From NCBI RefSeq assembly GCF_000018405.1, contig NC_009943.1, positions 353,255 through 385,254 of the forward strand: a DNA stretch of 32,000 bases. The letters are read 5' to 3'. Below are positions 23,438 to 31,951 of this stretch, piece by piece; positions within the stretch are counted from its first letter, which is position 1, and the number at the start of each line of letters is the position of its first letter. This stretch comes from Desulfosudis oleivorans Hxd3 (GTDB lineage: Bacteria > Desulfobacterota > Desulfobacteria > Desulfobacterales > Desulfosudaceae). Both the position numbers and the translations under genes were made by a program. The notes beneath the pieces were generated by a model. It did no database searches. It had not been told where the DNA came from and saw nothing but the letters and a program-made list of their open reading frames with translations.

Positions 23438-26401
23438 CTAATCCAGACGCACCACATTGGGCGTGATAAAAATCAGGAGTTCGCTTTTTTCATCCGACCG
23501 GGTCTTGTATTTGAACAGGTTGCCCAGCACCGGAATCTTGGAGATCCAGGGCACGCCCCGCTCACCCGCGCCTTCCCGTTCCTTGATGATGCCGCCGATT
23601 ACCACGGTGTCGCCGTCATTGACCAGCAGCTCGGTGGATGCCCGTTTGGTGTTGAAAGACTGCTCGCCGTTGATGATCTCACCCACGTCGTTCTTCTGAA
23701 TGTTGAGCTTCATGGAGATTCGGTCGTCCGGGGTCACGTGGGGCGTCACATCCAGGTTGAGGTCAATGGTCTTCCACTTGACGTCCGCCTCTCCATCTTC
23801 CACCACGGTGTAGGGATAGTCGATGCCCTGGGAGATGGTGGCGGTTTTATTGTCCAGGGTCACTACCTTGGGTGTGGAGATGATCTTTACGTCGCCGGTG
23901 GACTCCATCAGGGAGAGCTTGGCATCCAGGGAAAAGGGAGTGCCGATGATTCTGGCAAAGTTGATGCCGATCAGGTTCTGCACCGGAGAGGAGAGGCTGT
24001 TCAAGGCCACATCATAGGTGTAGGTGCCGCCCATCTCGTCCCTGTAGGCGCCGTCGGTGCCGATGTTGATGTTGGGGCTGTTGTAACGGTTGTCAATACC
24101 CCACTCCGTGCCGAACTCCCTGGAGAAGCTGGAACTGGTCTCCACGATCCGGGCCTTGATCATCACCTGGGGGGTCACCTTGTCGATCTTGGCGATGATC
24201 TCCCTTGCCTTTTCCACCTTCTCTTCCACATCGGTCATGATCACCTGGTTGGTGCGGTTGTCCACCTTGGCATGGCCCCGGTCCGACAGCAGGCCCTCGA
24301 TATGGGGCAGAATATCCTCACCCGCGTTGGCATAGCTGATGGAGAAATACTCGGTGACCAGGGAGGCCAGGGTCTCTTCGGCCTTTTTCATGTCCTGCTG
24401 GGCTGTCAGGGCCGCCTTTTCCGACTCTTTCTGCTGCACCAGGGTGGCCTGGGTGGCGATGCGAATGATGCCGTCGGCCTCCACCATACCCAGATTGTTC
24501 ATCTCAAGAATCAGGTCCAGCACCTGGTCCCAGGGGACCGGGTTGACAAAACTTAAGGTTACGCTGCCCGACACATCATCGTCGATGGCAAAGTTCTTGC
24601 CGCTTACGTCCTTGAGAATGCGAATCACGTTGCGAATGTCGGTTTTGTAAAAATCCAGGGCAATGGGCTCGCCGGTAAAGTTTTTCTTTTTGCCGAACAG
24701 GGATGGCGCCGGTGCATCGGGTTCGGTACGCATGCCGGTGGGCGCCTCGAAAGCAGGCGCGGTCTGGGGAACCGCGGCTTCAGGCGCCGCAACGGTTCCA
24801 ATCGGGGCCGGTACGTCGGTTTCCGGAGGCGTCACCGGCGCTTCAGATGCCGGGGCCGGTTCCGTGACCGCTGTCTCGATATCCGGCGCTCCGGCGGTGT
24901 CGGTCACCAGGGACTCAATGGCCAGTTCCGTGGGAATCACCACCTCTTTTGCCGGGTTCGGGGCAACGGAAGAGGGTTCAAACAGAATGCGGATGGTGTT
25001 ATCCATCTGTTTTATGGTGTAGGGCACCGCCTCCCGCAGGTCGATGTTGACCGCGGAAAACCGTTGTTCTTTCATTTTTTTTGTCTGTACCGGCAAAATC
25101 AGGTCCACCGCGCTTTCAAACCGGGTGGTGATAAGGGGCCGCTGACGATAGCTGAGAATGTCGGTGTTGTCCAGCTTCAGAAAGAGCTGGTTGCCGGAAA
25201 TGGTCAGCATCTCATAATCCACCGGCCGGGTGGTGCCGATTTCAATGGCGGACCGGCCGTCCATCTCTTCCATAAAGTCGATGCGGTTGACCATGGCCGG
25301 CTTGCCGGAGCGCTTGACCGCCACGGCGGGGGCCGGCTCGGCTTCTTGCTCCGCAGGTGCCGGTGCAACCGCCGGGGAGGCGTCAACAGGTTCAACGGAA
25401 GCGGCCTCCGCAACAGAGGTCCGGGCTTCGGTGGTCACCGGTCCGGTCTTTCGGGCCGCGGCCAGGGCCGGGGTTTCTTTCTCCCCCACGTGAATCAGCA
25501 AGCCGTTGCTTAAGCTGTAAGCCCTGGCTTTGCCAAGATACAGGTCATCCTTTAAGTCTACTACCACCCGCAGGTAGTCGGGGTGGGCAAAATGGCGCAC
25601 GCGGCCGGCAATGGCCGAATCCACGGCAATGCGCTGTTCGCCCGCATGGGTGCTTCGAATGCCGGGCAGGTCGTAAACGATACGGGGCGGGGCCTTGAGT
25701 ATCCTCAGTTTATGATCGGTGATGGCGCCGTCGGCCAGAATCGTTATATCCAGGGCATCGGCATCGCCGGTCACCGTGATGTCTTCCATCAGGGTGGCGG
25801 GTGCCGCGGGTGTGGCGTCCTCAACAACAGAAGACGCATCCTCTTTTGTTTCTGCCGCAGCAACCGTTTCCGCGGCCTCTTCCTGTCCCCAGGCTGCTTC
25901 CGGTGCCGGGGAAACCGCCGTCTTGTTAAATAAAATATTCAGGCTGTTGTCCTGGCCCCGCATCGCCTCGTAGGCCAGGCCGGGCTGCTGCATGGGAATA
26001 ACGACCTTTGAAGGCCCCCCGGCAATCAGCTCCGCAGCGGTAACGGTGCCCACCAGATCGTTGGGTTCCGCCGGATCGGCCGTGGTCGTGGCCAGGCCGG
26101 CCTCTGGAAAATAGAGCACCACGGCCTGCTCCAGGGGCGGTTCCGCCAGCGTATAGTCTGCCAGGTGATTGGTCTGAATAGAGACCACCACGGCATCCGG
26201 CGTATCCTTGACTGATATGCCGGTAATACGTCTGGCCAATTGCCCGGTGTCAGAGGTTGCTTCCGGTGCCGTAGCCTCGGTGCCCTGCCGGACCCCTGCG
26301 GAGGGAGTGCATCCCGCGATCATCGCCACCATCAAAATGGCGCTCAGAAAATAAAGAGTACCGCGAACTTTTGCCGCTTTTTTTGCGTTCATCCTGTGCA
26401 T
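23438..26401 (-). CDS. pilQ: Type IV pilus secretin PilQ (987 aa, multiple AMIN-like N-terminal domains)
   Basis: C-terminal secretin signature ...GVPWISKIPVLGNLFKYKTRSDEKSELLIFITPNVV. Lipobox MIAGC. Three N-terminal beta-rich modules separated by Pro/Ala/Glu-rich linkers. Last gene of pilMNOPQ. Confidence 0.93.
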   Translation of the reverse strand: MHRMNAKKAAKVRGTLYFLSAILMVAMIAGCTPSAGVRQGTEATAPEATSDTGQLARRITGISVKDTPDAVVVSIQTNHLADYTLAEPPLEQAVVLYFPEAGLATTTADPAEPNDLVGTVTAAELIAGGPSKVVIPMQQPGLAYEAMRGQDNSLNILFNKTAVSPAPEAAWGQEEAAETVAAAETKEDASSVVEDATPAAPATLMEDITVTGDADALDITILADGAITDHKLRILKAPPRIVYDLPGIRSTHAGEQRIAVDSAIAGRVRHFAHPDYLRVVVDLKDDLYLGKARAYSLSNGLLIHVGEKETPALAAARKTGPVTTEARTSVAEAASVEPVDASPAVAPAPAEQEAEPAPAVAVKRSGKPAMVNRIDFMEEMDGRSAIEIGTTRPVDYEMLTISGNQLFLKLDNTDILSYRQRPLITTRFESAVDLILPVQTKKMKEQRFSAVNIDLREAVPYTIKQMDNTIRILFEPSSVAPNPAKEVVIPTELAIESLVTDTAGAPDIETAVTEPAPASEAPVTPPETDVPAPIGTVAAPEAAVPQTAPAFEAPTGMRTEPDAPAPSLFGKKKNFTGEPIALDFYKTDIRNVIRILKDVSGKNFAIDDDVSGSVTLSFVNPVPWDQVLDLILEMNNLGMVEADGIIRIATQATLVQQKESEKAALTAQQDMKKAEETLASLVTEYFSISYANAGEDILPHIEGLLSDRGHAKVDNRTNQVIMTDVEEKVEKAREIIAKIDKVTPQVMIKARIVETSSSFSREFGTEWGIDNRYNSPNINIGTDGAYRDEMGGTYTYDVALNSLSSPVQNLIGINFARIIGTPFSLDAKLSLMESTGDVKIISTPKVVTLDNKTATISQGIDYPYTVVEDGEADVKWKTIDLNLDVTPHVTPDDRISMKLNIQKNDVGEIINGEQSFNTKRASTELLVNDGDTVVIGGIIKEREGAGERGVPWISKIPVLGNLFKYKTRSDEKSELLIFITPNVVRLD

Positions 26402-26404
26402 ATT

Positions 26405-27385
26405 CTATTCTCCAGCTGGTTTCTGAAGTTTCAATTCGGTTACGGCCCTGCGTCCGCCGACCATCTCTACAACAATCACGCGATCATCCACAATCTCTTC
26501 CACCTGGCCGGAATTCAGCCCGATGTAGGTACCTTTTTTGACCACATATCCCTTGCCTGTGGCGTCGGTCACAATGGCCCGGTTGCCGCTGGCGGCCCGG
26601 ATGATGCCGGACAGTTGTAACTGGCCCAGGCTGATTCGCTCCAGGGGGGTTAAAAAGGCCCGTTTCCGCTGGGAGTCCTGTTCCAGAAACATGTCATCTT
26701 CGCTTGCGTCTTTCTGGAAAAGGGGAGTAAACGGGCTGAACATGGCCAGCGCCTGGTTCTCGGCCGTTGTCTTGGCGGCTTCTTCAGCATCAAGGTCCTC
26801 TTCTCCCATCAGGTCGATCACGATTTTGATTTCAGACGCAACGTCGTCAGCAGGCGCTTCTTCCATTTCATCCGTTGTTTCCATGGCAGTGCCATCCACT
26901 GTTCCCGCGCCTGCTTCCACTTCCGATGTCGGCAGGGCGATATCCGTTTCTTCCGGATCGGCTGTATCCGTCAGCGCCGGGGAATCGGAAACGGCTTCCA
27001 CCGGTGGGGCCGGCGGCTCCTCAGCAGGTGTGGGCGGCATATCGGACGGTGCCTGCTGCTCCTCGGCCGAAGGCCCTTCGGCCGCCTTTTTTGCCACCGG
27101 TTCTGTTTCTGTTGCCGGTCCGGATGCCGGGGGCGTTGTTTCGGCCGGAACCTGCGGCGTGCCTGTCACCACCATTGGTCCCGGAGCCTCCTCTTCAACA
27201 ACCATCACCTCAGGCGCTGTCGGTTGTTCCGCCGGGGGGGCCGGCGCCGGCTGTTCCATGGAAATGGTCTGCCGCGCAGGCTCGGCTTGCTCCGGGGGGT
27301 TGTCAGCCCCCTTCTTGCATCCCACACCCGCCGCCAGGCAGACACACACTAAACAGATAATAAGGTTTTTACGCACGCGCATCAT
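26405..27385 (-). CDS. pilP: PilP-like pilus assembly lipoprotein with a long acidic/Pro-rich linker (326 aa)
   Basis: Lipobox AAGVGC. C-terminal ~90 aa (LERISLGQLQLSGIIRAASGNRAIVTDATGKGYVVKKGTYIGLNSGQVEEIVDDRVIV) match the PilP beta-sandwich pattern. Position between pilO and pilQ. Confidence 0.8.
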   Translation of the reverse strand: MMRVRKNLIICLVCVCLAAGVGCKKGADNPPEQAEPARQTISMEQPAPAPPAEQPTAPEVMVVEEEAPGPMVVTGTPQVPAETTPPASGPATETEPVAKKAAEGPSAEEQQAPSDMPPTPAEEPPAPPVEAVSDSPALTDTADPEETDIALPTSEVEAGAGTVDGTAMETTDEMEEAPADDVASEIKIVIDLMGEEDLDAEEAAKTTAENQALAMFSPFTPLFQKDASEDDMFLEQDSQRKRAFLTPLERISLGQLQLSGIIRAASGNRAIVTDATGKGYVVKKGTYIGLNSGQVEEIVDDRVIVVEMVGGRRAVTELKLQKPAGE

Positions 27386-28017
27386 CTTTTTTTACCTTTG
27401 GGTTGTGTTTTTGCCTGTTCTGCCGGTGACAGAAATCGGTACGTCACCGTGGTGCACTGCGTGGAAAGCGTGTCCTCGGCGTTTTTACTGGCACTTATGT
27501 TTATGCCCCGCACATTCACGATGCGTGACATTTCGGCGATTTTTTCAAAAAACAGGGAGATGCTGTGGTAGGGGCCGGTGATGCTGATGGCCACGGGAAT
27601 CTCGGCGTAAAAATCCCGGATACTTTCCTGCTGGGGAACAAACCGGGTGAACTCCAGTCCAGCGCTGTTACCGGCTCTGGAGATTTCGGACAGCAGAGAG
27701 GGGATCTCCTTTTTGTCCGGAAGCGCCGCCATGACCAGTTTGAATTTCTCTTCCTTTTCGGCCCACTCTTCCTGAAGTGCCCCAAGCTGGGCAGCCTTCT
27801 GTTTGGCAACGTTCAGCTCTTTTGCCACCGTTTCATACTGCTTGTCTATTTTGGCGATGTCTTTGTACTTGGGCATGTAAGAGAAAAACACGAAACTGCC
27901 GATCAACAGGGCAAAGACCACCACCACGATAAGAATGCGCTGGATCATGGTGAGGCTCGAAACGGCCTCGAATACCGGCTTCATGGACTCCGAGTATTTT
28001 TCAAAACGATTTTTCAT
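27382..28017 (-). CDS. pilO: Type IV pilus assembly protein PilO
   Basis: 211 aa. One TM helix, a coiled-coil segment, then an alpha/beta domain. Position between pilN and pilP. 4-nt overlap with pilP. Confidence 0.8.
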   Translation of the reverse strand: MKNRFEKYSESMKPVFEAVSSLTMIQRILIVVVVFALLIGSFVFFSYMPKYKDIAKIDKQYETVAKELNVAKQKAAQLGALQEEWAEKEEKFKLVMAALPDKKEIPSLLSEISRAGNSAGLEFTRFVPQQESIRDFYAEIPVAISITGPYHSISLFFEKIAEMSRIVNVRGINISASKNAEDTLSTQCTTVTYRFLSPAEQAKTQPKGKKR

Positions 28018-28028
28018 AATTTTTTACC

Positions 28029-28571
28029 CTATGCCGCTTTTGAGCACCTGAGTTCAAACCGCTTCAGTTTCAGCCCCGATCGCTCCTCATGCACAAGATT
28101 GCTCAGGTCCACCCCTGAAAACAAAGACGATTCCTCGATGCGGGTCATGAAGGTGGCCACGGTCTTGTTGTCCATGGCAATGCCTGACACGAAAACTGTG
28201 TTGCCGCTTTCTTCCAGACGGGTGATCCACATTCTCCCCTTTACCGTCAGTTCCGCGATCTCACGAAGCAGGAGCACCGGCGCCTTCCGGTCGAGGTTGA
28301 GCCTGGCCATCACGTCAAGCTTCTTGTCCAGTGTGGCCAGTTTGGCCTTCAGCTCATCGACCTCTTTCACCTTGGCCTGATAGCTCTTGAGTTCCGACTG
28401 GGTTCTTTGCAGCCGATCTTTGGCGGCAGATACCTTACCGGAAAGCACAATATGATAATACGTCAATCCCATGGCCACGAAAATAAAAAACAGCAGAAAT
28501 ACCGAGATCTGTCTTCGAATATTCTCTTTCCGCCGGGCCGCCCGATAGGGGAGTAAGTTGATTTTTATCAT
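28029..28571 (-). CDS. pilN: Type IV pilus assembly protein PilN
   Basis: MIKINLLPYRAARRKE (the conserved INLLP PilM-binding motif), a TM helix and a coiled coil. 4-nt overlap with pilM. Confidence 0.88.
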   Translation of the reverse strand: MIKINLLPYRAARRKENIRRQISVFLLFFIFVAMGLTYYHIVLSGKVSAAKDRLQRTQSELKSYQAKVKEVDELKAKLATLDKKLDVMARLNLDRKAPVLLLREIAELTVKGRMWITRLEESGNTVFVSGIAMDNKTVATFMTRIEESSLFSGVDLSNLVHEERSGLKLKRFELRCSKAA

Positions 28572-29623
28572 TTGTCATCCACCCGTCTGATGGCAATCCC
28601 CATGCAGATGGCTGCCTGGGGTGCGATTTGTTTCAGGTAAGCCGAATCCAGCCGGTCGTCCTTGACGTCGAAGTTGCTGAAAGGATTAAGTATTTCCAGC
28701 TCCGAGGAGGTTTGGGACGCCAGCATTTGCCTGAATTCGGGGATGTTGGATCCGCCGCCGCTTAAATATATACACTTGAGATGATCGTTGGAGTAGGTGG
28801 AATAAAAGAAATCCAGGGCCCGCCGGATTTCGGTGGTCCAGTCGGACACCACCGAAGAGATGATGCTGTTAAGCTCGTCGGTTGAGATGCGCTCCTGCTT
28901 GTCGCTGAGCTTCAGCTCTTCTGCTTCTTCCAGGCTGCAGTTGATTTTGGTGGCGATATGATGATTGATCTGATTGCACCCAAAGGAGACATCCCGCATG
29001 AATACCGATTTGCTGCCCTTCAGAATATTGAGTGACGTCTTGTTGGCCCCGATGTCGATGAGGGCAACGCAGTTCTCCTCGGCCTCATAGTTGACTTCGT
29101 AAATGTTTTGAAGGGCAAAGGCGTCCACATCAATGATCACCGGCGTCAACCCGGCGATATCGATGACGTTAAGGTAATCGTTGACCGTCTCTTTTTTGGC
29201 CGCCACCAGCATCACATCGATCTGGTTGGGGTTCTGGTCATTGTCGCCCAGAATCTGGAAATCCAAATTCACGTTGTTGATGTCAAAAGGGATATACTGC
29301 TCCGCCTCAACGGCGATCACTTCCTGAAGCTGCTCTTCACTCATGCTCTGCACGTTGATCTTTTTGACAATTACCGAGTATCCGCCGATGGAGATCGCCA
29401 CCCGGTCTTCCTTTATATTATAGAGTGAAAAAAGCTCTTTTATGGTGGCGGCCACCACCTCCGGATCCTTGATGCCCTCCTCCACAATGGCGCCTGCCGG
29501 CATTTCCAGGGTGCCGAACCGCAGCAGGCTTCGACCAGAGGAGGAGACGGCCACCTCCGCGACCTTGACCACGCTGGAGCCGATGTCAAGCCCCACCAGA
29601 TGATCCTTTTTTCCGAAAAGCAT
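28568..29623 (-). CDS. pilM: Type IV pilus assembly ATPase-fold protein PilM
   Basis: 351 aa actin-like fold. LVGLDIGSSVVKVAEV, ALIDIGANKTSLNI and IYLSGGGSNIPEF motifs. Confidence 0.92.
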   Translation of the reverse strand: MLFGKKDHLVGLDIGSSVVKVAEVAVSSSGRSLLRFGTLEMPAGAIVEEGIKDPEVVAATIKELFSLYNIKEDRVAISIGGYSVIVKKINVQSMSEEQLQEVIAVEAEQYIPFDINNVNLDFQILGDNDQNPNQIDVMLVAAKKETVNDYLNVIDIAGLTPVIIDVDAFALQNIYEVNYEAEENCVALIDIGANKTSLNILKGSKSVFMRDVSFGCNQINHHIATKINCSLEEAEELKLSDKQERISTDELNSIISSVVSDWTTEIRRALDFFYSTYSNDHLKCIYLSGGGSNIPEFRQMLASQTSSELEILNPFSNFDVKDDRLDSAYLKQIAPQAAICMGIAIRRVDDK

Positions 29624-29632
29624 ATTCTTCTC

Positions 29633-29863
29633 CTAGTCAAAAACCTTGTTTCGTTCGGAAAGTTCAAATCCGAGGGCCTTGAGTATCTTGCGTTGCGTCT
29701 CCATACGGCAGGGCATCCCCGCTTCAATTCGCGCGATGGTGATCGGCGACACATTGGCCTTTCTGGCAAGCTCGGATTTGCTCAACAGGAGTGACTCTCG
29801 TATCTTGTTCAAACGATTTTTTGTCTTGCCCATTAGCTGTCCCTGATTTTCAAGAGTTGACAT
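29633..29863 (-). CDS. XRE-family helix-turn-helix regulator (66-76 aa)
   Basis: IRESLLLSKSELARKANVSPITIARIEAG is a classic HTH_3 motif. It ends 9 nt before pilM. The Met at 29833 (AGGGA RBS) is a plausible alternative start. Confidence 0.8.
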   Translation of the reverse strand: MSTLENQGQLMGKTKNRLNKIRESLLLSKSELARKANVSPITIARIEAGMPCRMETQRKILKALGFELSERNKVFD

Positions 29864-29980
29864 GGCGGCTGAAACCGCAATAAAGCGTATGATAATTTTT
29901 GATAATTAATTTTAATTAACATTAATCATGATTCATTATAGCGGAGTCAAGAAAATTATGTATATTTTTTATTAAATTAA

Positions 29981-30010
29981 TGCATATTGTTGCATAATTA
30001 TGCATAATCA
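29981..30010. promoter_or_regulatory. Three helically phased 10-bp direct repeats (TGCATAWTNN) in an AT-rich divergent control region
   Basis: TGCATATTGT TGCATAATTA TGCATAATCA, each starting exactly 10 bp apart. The surrounding region ~29880-30010 is strongly AT-rich. On the minus strand, TATAAT lies at 29935-29940 and TTGACT at 29945-29950. Confidence 0.45.
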
Positions 30011-30199
30011 CCATATCTGGTGGTTTATTCCGCGAAAAAAATTATCGGTTTTTCCGCTTTTTCGCCTTGTGCCGCCGCGGGCGATGTATGAAAATCAACC
30101 CGTGAAATATCCGGGCCAATGCCGCCACAGGCCGGGCGCCCAACGCCCGGCCGTGCGCAAGACAGCAGGCCGGCGGTTTTCATTCAACGGAGGTGTGGT

Positions 30200-30886
30200 A
30201 TGAATCGATTAACGGCGCAGGTGCTCCTGGCATGGGCAATGGCGCTTTTACTGGCCGGGTGCTTTACCGCCGGACCCCGGCACAAACCATCCCCGGCGAT
30301 TCAACTGCCCGGCGCCACCCTGTGCGTGATGCCTTTTATAAAAGGACGACATGCCCTTCAATCAGGGGCCCCTCTGGACCTGACCCTGACCTGCCCGGTA
30401 TCGGATCTCTGTGTTACGCAGGAAGATTTCCCGGAAGACGCGAACCGTGTTCTGACCCGGCTGGCCTGGCAGGCGGCGGCGAACCGGTGGGGAGAGGCGG
30501 TAACGCCCATGCATACGGCGGCCGACACCTGGGCCGCCATGGACAAGGACCCGGCCGTGGACACCCTGCTCCTGCTGGCCCGGCGCGTGGGCGCGGCCCT
30601 GAATGTGGATTACGTGATGGCGGGAACCGTGTGGCGGTTCCGGGAACGGGAGGGATATGCCGCGTCGGCCAGCCGGCCCGCCTCTGTGGCCTTTGCCCTT
30701 TACCTGGTGGATGTAAAGCAGGGGACCGGCGTGTGGTCCGGCGGCTTTGACCGGACCCAGCAGCCCCTTTCCGAAAACCTGCTCAACGTGGTGGGGTTTT
30801 TCAAACAGGGCGCCAAATGGCTCACCGCCGAAGAGCTGGCCGCCGCGGGCATGGAGGATGTGTTTGATGCCCTTCCGTCAGAATAG
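30200..30886 (+). CDS. Lipoprotein, possibly LpoB/CsgG/DUF799-like fold
   Basis: GGAGG RBS, then MNRLTAQVLLAWAMALLLAGC (lipobox); the ORF-track start at 30119 is rejected. LCVMPF... and LNVDYVMAGTVWRF...VAFALYLVDVKQGTGVWSG resemble the core pattern of the 15179 protein. Confidence 0.7.
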   Translation: MNRLTAQVLLAWAMALLLAGCFTAGPRHKPSPAIQLPGATLCVMPFIKGRHALQSGAPLDLTLTCPVSDLCVTQEDFPEDANRVLTRLAWQAAANRWGEAVTPMHTAADTWAAMDKDPAVDTLLLLARRVGAALNVDYVMAGTVWRFREREGYAASASRPASVAFALYLVDVKQGTGVWSGGFDRTQQPLSENLLNVVGFFKQGAKWLTAEELAAAGMEDVFDALPSE

Positions 30887-30957
30887 CCCGCTCTCCCATG
30901 TGGCTCACCGAAAAAGTACGGGACCGCGGAATATGGCGGGATATCTTTTGTCCGTTT

Positions 30958-31052
30958 ATCCCGATCGATATCGGTATCGGTATCGCAATCGAATTTCAAA
31001 AATCGACAACGTATATCAATTTCGATCCCGATCCCGATCCCGATAGTGATTT
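30958..31052. repeat. Hexamer-periodic repeat, locus C: two tracts in inverted orientation around a 27-nt spacer
   Basis: ATCCCG ATCGAT ATCGGT ATCGGT ATCGCA ATCGAA (30958-30993), then the spacer, then CGATCC CGATCC CGATCC CGATAG TGATTT (31023-31052). Confidence 0.9.
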
Positions 31053-31063
31053 GAAAAATGGAT

Positions 31064-31951
31064 TCACATCCGCCGGTACCGGCCCCCCTCTTTTGTGACG
31101 TCTCCCTTTTCCATCAGGTATTCCAGGTGTTTTGCCGCCATGCCCCGCTCGCCGAACGCGTAGAACATTTCCGGCTCCCGGGGTTTTTTGTAGACAAACC
31201 ACTGGGCCGCGATTTCATTCAGGGTTCGGGGCGTGCTTAAAAAATCCACGATCTTCTGTTCCCGCTCGTCGATCACCGCGAGGTAGCGGGCCGCGGCTTC
31301 GGCCACCCCCTGGGTAAGAACCCCCATGTTGTGGGAGGTGATCCAGACCCGGGCCGGAATCTCCATGAGCCGGCGCACCGACGCAATGGTGTCCGGAATG
31401 CTGGAGACCGCGTCCCCGTACCAGGGGCCAAAAGGGGTCAGGTCCAGGTCCCCCAGAAACAGGACCCCTTCCTGCTCGCAGTAAAAGCTGCAGTGGCCGG
31501 GCGTGTGGCCGGGTGTGTGCACCACCTGAAGCCGGGTTTTGCCGAAATCGAGAATCTCCCCGTCCGTTAATCTTCTGTCCGGGGTCCGTTCCCGGTAGTT
31601 GAATCCTTCCACCAGAAAATCCCGCCACAGGGCGATTGTGTCCGGGTCATTGATGCCGTAGGCGGACAGCAGAGCATCCATGGAGGCCAGGCAGTCGGCG
31701 TCTTTGTCGTGCACGCAAAGGGAGGCGCCCGGGAAAAGAAAGTTAAATGAAAAATGGTCTTCATGGTAGTGGGTGTTGATCAGCAGGTCCATGGGACCGG
31801 CCGCGGCAAGGGCCTTTAATGTCTCCGCGTCCGAGGCCGGATCAATGATGCCCCGCATCTCGTCATCGATATACAGGGAGTTGCAGAAGGGATACTTGCC
31901 GCTGTTGGTGCCGGGAATAAAAACCAGTTTGCCGAACCGCTGCTGCGTCAT
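31064..31951 (-). CDS. MBL-fold metallo-hydrolase
   Basis: INTHYHEDHF (HxHxDH), HTPGHTPGH and LGDLD motifs. The Met at 31951 has an AAAGGAAAA RBS; the ORF-track start at 31972 is also possible. Confidence 0.88.
   Translation of the reverse strand: MTQQRFGKLVFIPGTNSGKYPFCNSLYIDDEMRGIIDPASDAETLKALAAAGPMDLLINTHYHEDHFSFNFLFPGASLCVHDKDADCLASMDALLSAYGINDPDTIALWRDFLVEGFNYRERTPDRRLTDGEILDFGKTRLQVVHTPGHTPGHCSFYCEQEGVLFLGDLDLTPFGPWYGDAVSSIPDTIASVRRLMEIPARVWITSHNMGVLTQGVAEAAARYLAVIDEREQKIVDFLSTPRTLNEIAAQWFVYKKPREPEMFYAFGERGMAAKHLEYLMEKGDVTKEGGRYRRM

Noticed and set aside
30000-30203. 67-aa ORF and GC-rich hairpin (GGCCGGGCG-CCCAA-CGCCCGGCC, ~30130-30152) in the leader of the 30200 lipoprotein gene, considered as a possible small gene or riboswitch.
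   Set aside because: The ORF has no RBS, has a Pro/Arg-rich composition, and overlaps the AT-rich promoter block. The hairpin lacks a following U-run or any riboswitch motif I can recognise. There is not enough evidence to call either.
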